Translations under genes and position numbers: made by a program
Shown: positions 60,702 through 64,000 of the stretch, one piece after another
How the letters are laid out: every line of letters starts with the position of its first letter
Numbering within the stretch: the stretch's first letter is position 1
Source of the DNA: Tubiluchus corallicola
Lineage: Eukaryota > Animalia > Priapulida
Assembly (NCBI GenBank): GCA_030141605.1
Contig: JAQGDQ010000216.1
Location: forward strand, 162,641 to 226,640
DNA: 64,000 nucleotides
Direction: 5' to 3'
Notes under the pieces: model-generated
The model's database searches: none
Seen by the model: the letters and a program-made list of their open reading frames with translations, nothing else
Told to the model about the DNA's origin: nothing

Positions 60702-60736
60702 AAAACGCAGTAAGTCTTTGATTTACTGCGTTTTTT
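60702..60736 (+). terminator. Strong hairpin with T-run at the left end of the integrative element
   Basis: AAAACGCAGTAA-9nt-TTACTGCGTTTT perfect 12-bp stem. Confidence 0.7.
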
Positions 60737-60879
60737 ATTTGTGAGAAATTATTCTTCAAAATAGTTTCTCATTCTTTTTTGTCATATATTTGTACCATAT
60801 CTGTGCCGGAACTTAATTGACGGTAAAATGGAACTTATGAATACTTAAGGTTGTTTGTGGAACTTAAATAGCGTTGAAA

Positions 60880-61431
60880 ATGGTGGTGAATAGGATTCAA
60901 AAGCAATGCGCGATATGCGAAAAATCGTTTGTGCCTAAGACGGTAAGTTCTATCTATTGTTCTAAAAAGTGCAGTGATACTGCATATCGTGAAAGAAAAA
61001 GAGAGCTGAAAAAGGAAGAGCAAAGGAAGGCGATTGCCAGCAGAATACCAGATGACCGTAAATATATTTCTGTACCAGAAACAGTAATTCTTTTTGGAGT
61101 GGCTAAAACTACATTATATAGATATATACGTCAAGGGAGAATCCCCGCAATCAATTTAGGTACTCGACTTTTGAGACTTGACCGTACAGTAATTGAAAAG
61201 ATGTTTCCGACTCGTGAAGATATATCTGTAACGAAAGAATTGTCGGAAGTAAAATTATACCGCCTCGAACCTGAAGATTGCTATACAATCGGTGAGATTT
61301 CAAAGAAGTTTGGAATATCTGATAGCTCTGTTTATAAGCATATTCGAAAGTTTGCTATTCCAATTAGGCAAATGGGAAAGTATGTATATGCTCCCAAATC
61401 AGAAATTGATAATATTTACAGCAGTAACTAA
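60880..61431 (+). CDS. Excisionase-like DNA-binding protein (Cys4 zinc module plus two HTH domains)
   Basis: CAICEKSF..YCSKKC; YISVPETVILFGVAKTTLYRYIRQGRIPA; YTIGEISKKFGISDSSVYKHIR; immediately upstream of the integrase. Confidence 0.8.
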   Translation: MVVNRIQKQCAICEKSFVPKTVSSIYCSKKCSDTAYRERKRELKKEEQRKAIASRIPDDRKYISVPETVILFGVAKTTLYRYIRQGRIPAINLGTRLLRLDRTVIEKMFPTREDISVTKELSEVKLYRLEPEDCYTIGEISKKFGISDSSVYKHIRKFAIPIRQMGKYVYAPKSEIDNIYSSN

Positions 61432-61443
61432 TACTAACACCCC

Positions 61444-62706
61444 ATGAAACAATTATCAAAAACTAAAGTAACAGTAAGACTTCGCAAAGCAGATGACCGA
61501 AATGAGTGGTACATATACCTAGAAAGTTATCCTGTATTTGTTCCAGGTAAAACCAAACCTCAGCGCATTCGTGAGTATTTAAACAGAAGTGTTACCACGG
61601 TAACATGGGATAAGAAACGGACTGCCCGAACCAATGCAAGTGGTGGAAAAACATACAAACCAAAACGTGATGATAATGGAGTAATTATATGCAAGAGTGA
61701 ACTGGATAGAGAAAGCATGTTATATGCTGATGGTGTGCGTAAACTTCGTCAACGAGAATATGACCATGCAGATTTGTACAGTGACACCGAAACTGCCCAA
61801 GCTGAACAGAAAGAACGTTTACAGCATAATTTTGTCGAATATTTTGAAAAGGTAACGATTAAACGCCATGGGAATAGTTCCTCGTCCATTATAGTTAATT
61901 GGCAGCGCACTAATGAATTGATAAAGCTTTTTGCTGGAGACACCCTTTTATTCTCTCAAATAAATGTTGCATTAGCAGAAAATTTTAGGCTTTACCTTAT
62001 GTCAGCACCGCAGGGTGGTAATAAAAGTGGAATTATTTCACAAAATACCGCATCAACCTATTTCTCCATTTTTAAAGCAGTACTAAAGCAAGCTTTTATT
62101 GATGGCTATTTGCAAAGTGACTTATCTGCCAAGCTTAAGGGGATTCAGGAGAAAGAATCGCGCCGGGAGTATTTGACGGTGGAAGAATTAAATAAACTAG
62201 TAGCAACACCTTGTTAACGTGATGTTCTAAAACGTGCAGCACTTTTTTCTGCGCTTACTGGATTGAGGCATATCGATATTCAAAAGCTAAAATGGAGCGA
62301 GATTAGTATTGACGGCGATCAGGCAAAGCTGCATTTTACTCAGCAAAAAACAAAGGGTGTAGAATATACTCCAATTTCGGAACAAGCTTTGCAGTTATGT
62401 GGAGAACCAGGCGGACCAGAACAATTGGTATTTGAAGATTTGCCCAATCCATCATGGATTTCGCGACCGCTAAAACAGTGGATTGAGGCAGCAGGTATTA
62501 AAAAGAAAATTACCTTTCATTGCTTTCGTCATACATTTGCTACCTTGCAACTATCAAGCGGTACCGATATTTATACCGTTAGCAAGATGCTTGGGCACAC
62601 TGATGTGAAAACAACACAGATTTATGCTAAAGTGGTGGACGAAAAGAAAAATAAAGCGGCACAAGCCATAAAAATTGATAAGATACAGAAACCAGATAAA
62701 AAGTAG
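61444..62706 (+). pseudogene. Tyrosine integrase interrupted by a single in-frame stop
   Basis: ORFs 61444-62217 and 62263-62706 share a frame. TAA 62215-62217 lies in PC*RDVLKRAALFSALTGLR. Catalytic R, K, HCFRH, LGH and Y are all present. Confidence 0.9.
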
Positions 62707-62730
62707 TCAGAACTTGATATTCAATAAAAA

Positions 62731-63405
62731 ATGAACTCCAAATATCTTGAACATATCGTAGTTTATTCAGCTGTTATCGTTGGATGCTTATTGCTGGGCA
62801 TTCTTGCGAGAATGTTTGTAATCAATATGGGAGCAGATGATTTTACCGCTGGCATAGTATTCTGGATAGTTGTTTTATTGGGCATTTTAGTTTATGGTAT
62901 TCTTGCGCTCTTAATCGATGGTCTCTACTCAGCAACTGTTCGTTGGTTTTTTCCGAAGAAGAAGAGCTTAAAGCAGTCAAATGAGAAATCAGAAAATTCT
63001 GAGGAATTTGAAAAGATAAGGACAGAACGGAATCATTTGAAAGATAAAGAGGAGCGGGATAATAAAGATATTGCCGTTAAGTACACACAAGAAGAATTTG
63101 CTCCATATTGTTCAAATGAAAGTTTGGATTTACTTTGTCAGTACGTTATTTCTTATTCTGAGAAGAAGCCTTTAAAGAATATAAAACCAATAACGATTAA
63201 AGGATTATCGAATCTGGATTTGTATCATTTTGGATGGAATATCTGGAACCATTTCAAAGTAAGTAAACAGATTGAGGTTGCCGCATTTCTTAAAAAGGTA
63301 TTCCCGGAATTTCTAAATGATGTGGAAACAGAAACCATCAAACGACATCTAAAAGATGATGAGTTGAAAGGTGTTATTAAGATTCGGAAAAACCTTTCGA
63401 TGTAG
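62731..63405 (+). CDS. Integrative-element accessory protein with two N-terminal TM helices
   Basis: Two hydrophobic helices, then a soluble domain with DLYHFGWNIWNHF..FLKKVF; directly downstream of the integrase. Confidence 0.65.
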   Translation: MNSKYLEHIVVYSAVIVGCLLLGILARMFVINMGADDFTAGIVFWIVVLLGILVYGILALLIDGLYSATVRWFFPKKKSLKQSNEKSENSEEFEKIRTERNHLKDKEERDNKDIAVKYTQEEFAPYCSNESLDLLCQYVISYSEKKPLKNIKPITIKGLSNLDLYHFGWNIWNHFKVSKQIEVAAFLKKVFPEFLNDVETETIKRHLKDDELKGVIKIRKNLSM

Positions 63406-63519
63406 CAATAATCATAATTTCACAACATTCTCTGTGTTTTTAAAGTGTTTTCTCAGTGTTGCAAAAACACGGCTGAAACACCTGTTTTATTTGCATCATA
63501 ACGATTAAAATCAATAGTT

Positions 63520-63582
63520 ATGGATGTAAATGAAATATCTTTTGAAAATCTTCCGAAAGCGGTTGCCCACCTGGTGGCAGAA
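63520..63582 (+). pseudogene. 5' stub of an excisionase-like HTH gene
   Basis: MDVNEISFENLPKAVAHLVAE resembles the N-terminus of small HTH proteins of such elements; the sequence then switches to transposase. Confidence 0.6.
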
Positions 63583-64000
63583 CCGACCTCTGGAAACTGT
63601 ATACCTAATTGTTTGGATGGATGGCATTGTATTTAAAGTGCGGGAGAACTCTAAGGTCGTCAACAAAACCGTTTACATTGCCGTAGGACTTCGCAGAGAT
63701 GGGAAAAAAGAGGTTCTTGGCTTATGGTTGGGCAAGAGTGAGTCCGCTGCCTTTTGGATGAACGTACTTACCGATATGAAAGCCCGTGGAGTTAACGATA
63801 TTCTGATTACGGCAACAGATAACTTGAATGGTTTTACAGATACTATCCGAACTGTTTTCCCTGAATCTAAAACACAAATATGTGTTGTTCATCAAATCCG
63901 TAACGCAAGCAGATACGTGGTTTGGAAAGATAAAAAGGCATTTACAAAAGATATGAAGCAAATCTATAACGCCCCTACAAAAGAGGCTGCAAAAGCAGCT
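63575..64000 (+). pseudogene. 5'-truncated IS256-family transposase (runs off the window)
   Basis: The frame from 63575 reads WQNRPLETVYLIVWMDGIVFKVR..GKKEVLGLW..SESAAFW..DNLNGF..QICVVHQIRN. No N-terminus or left TIR is present. Confidence 0.88.

Larger units (their letters stand above)
60695..63582 (+). mobile_element. Left part of a Bacteroidota integrative (mobilizable-type) element, defective
   Basis: End hairpin, arm-like repeats, excisionase-like HTH gene, tyrosine integrase, accessory gene and the start of a second HTH gene. Boundaries are approximate. Confidence 0.75.

Noticed and set aside
57638-62217. Two in-frame TAA codons in mobile-element enzymes suggesting stop-codon reassignment
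   Set aside because: Many intact genes here (gpmI, folE, galE, trpE) end at TAA at the expected length. Simple nonsense mutations or sequencing errors explain both cases.
1-64000. CRISPR array, rRNA or defence-system genes
   Set aside because: No regularly spaced 25-45 bp repeats, rRNA-like sequence or recognisable cas/defence motifs were seen

Overview
Chromosomal window from a Bacteroidota bacterium, probably Bacteroidia. This is inferred from TAnnTTTG -7 promoter boxes, a SusC-like remnant and the protein styles. It has three zones. (1) About 0.5-35.3 kb is mostly housekeeping genes on a strongly G/T-skewed + strand: a Gfo/Idh/MocA plus radical-SAM pair, a D-threonine-aldolase-like PLP enzyme, gpmI, folE, galE, rfbB, holB, rlmD, serA-like/DUF1015, yggS, mscS, uvrA, an ECF sigma factor, pfp, a GT4, and a complete trpEGDCFBA operon preceded by an unannotated leader peptide and attenuator. 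(2) About 35.6-56.7 kb is an accessory amino-sugar catabolic locus with two divergent ROK regulators. It contains a deletion scar fusing the start of a SusC-like gene to the end of a phosphodiester-glycosidase gene, then DUF5009, a GHL10 lipoprotein, a permease, a stand-alone hydantoinase-A-like ATPase, two FAD-oxidoreductase homologues, NanE, a phosphohexomutase, a large-cap HAD enzyme, GH38, GH94 and an SGNH esterase. This is the best candidate for an undescribed pathway. (3) About 56.9-64 kb is a decaying mobile-element cluster around tRNA-Pro(TGG): IS3 remnants, a nonsense-inactivated IS3, an intact IS4 with a 9-bp target duplication, and an integrative element with a nonsense-inactivated tyrosine integrase whose downstream gene is fused to an IS256 fragment. 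All calls come from motif recognition by eye; no searches were run.
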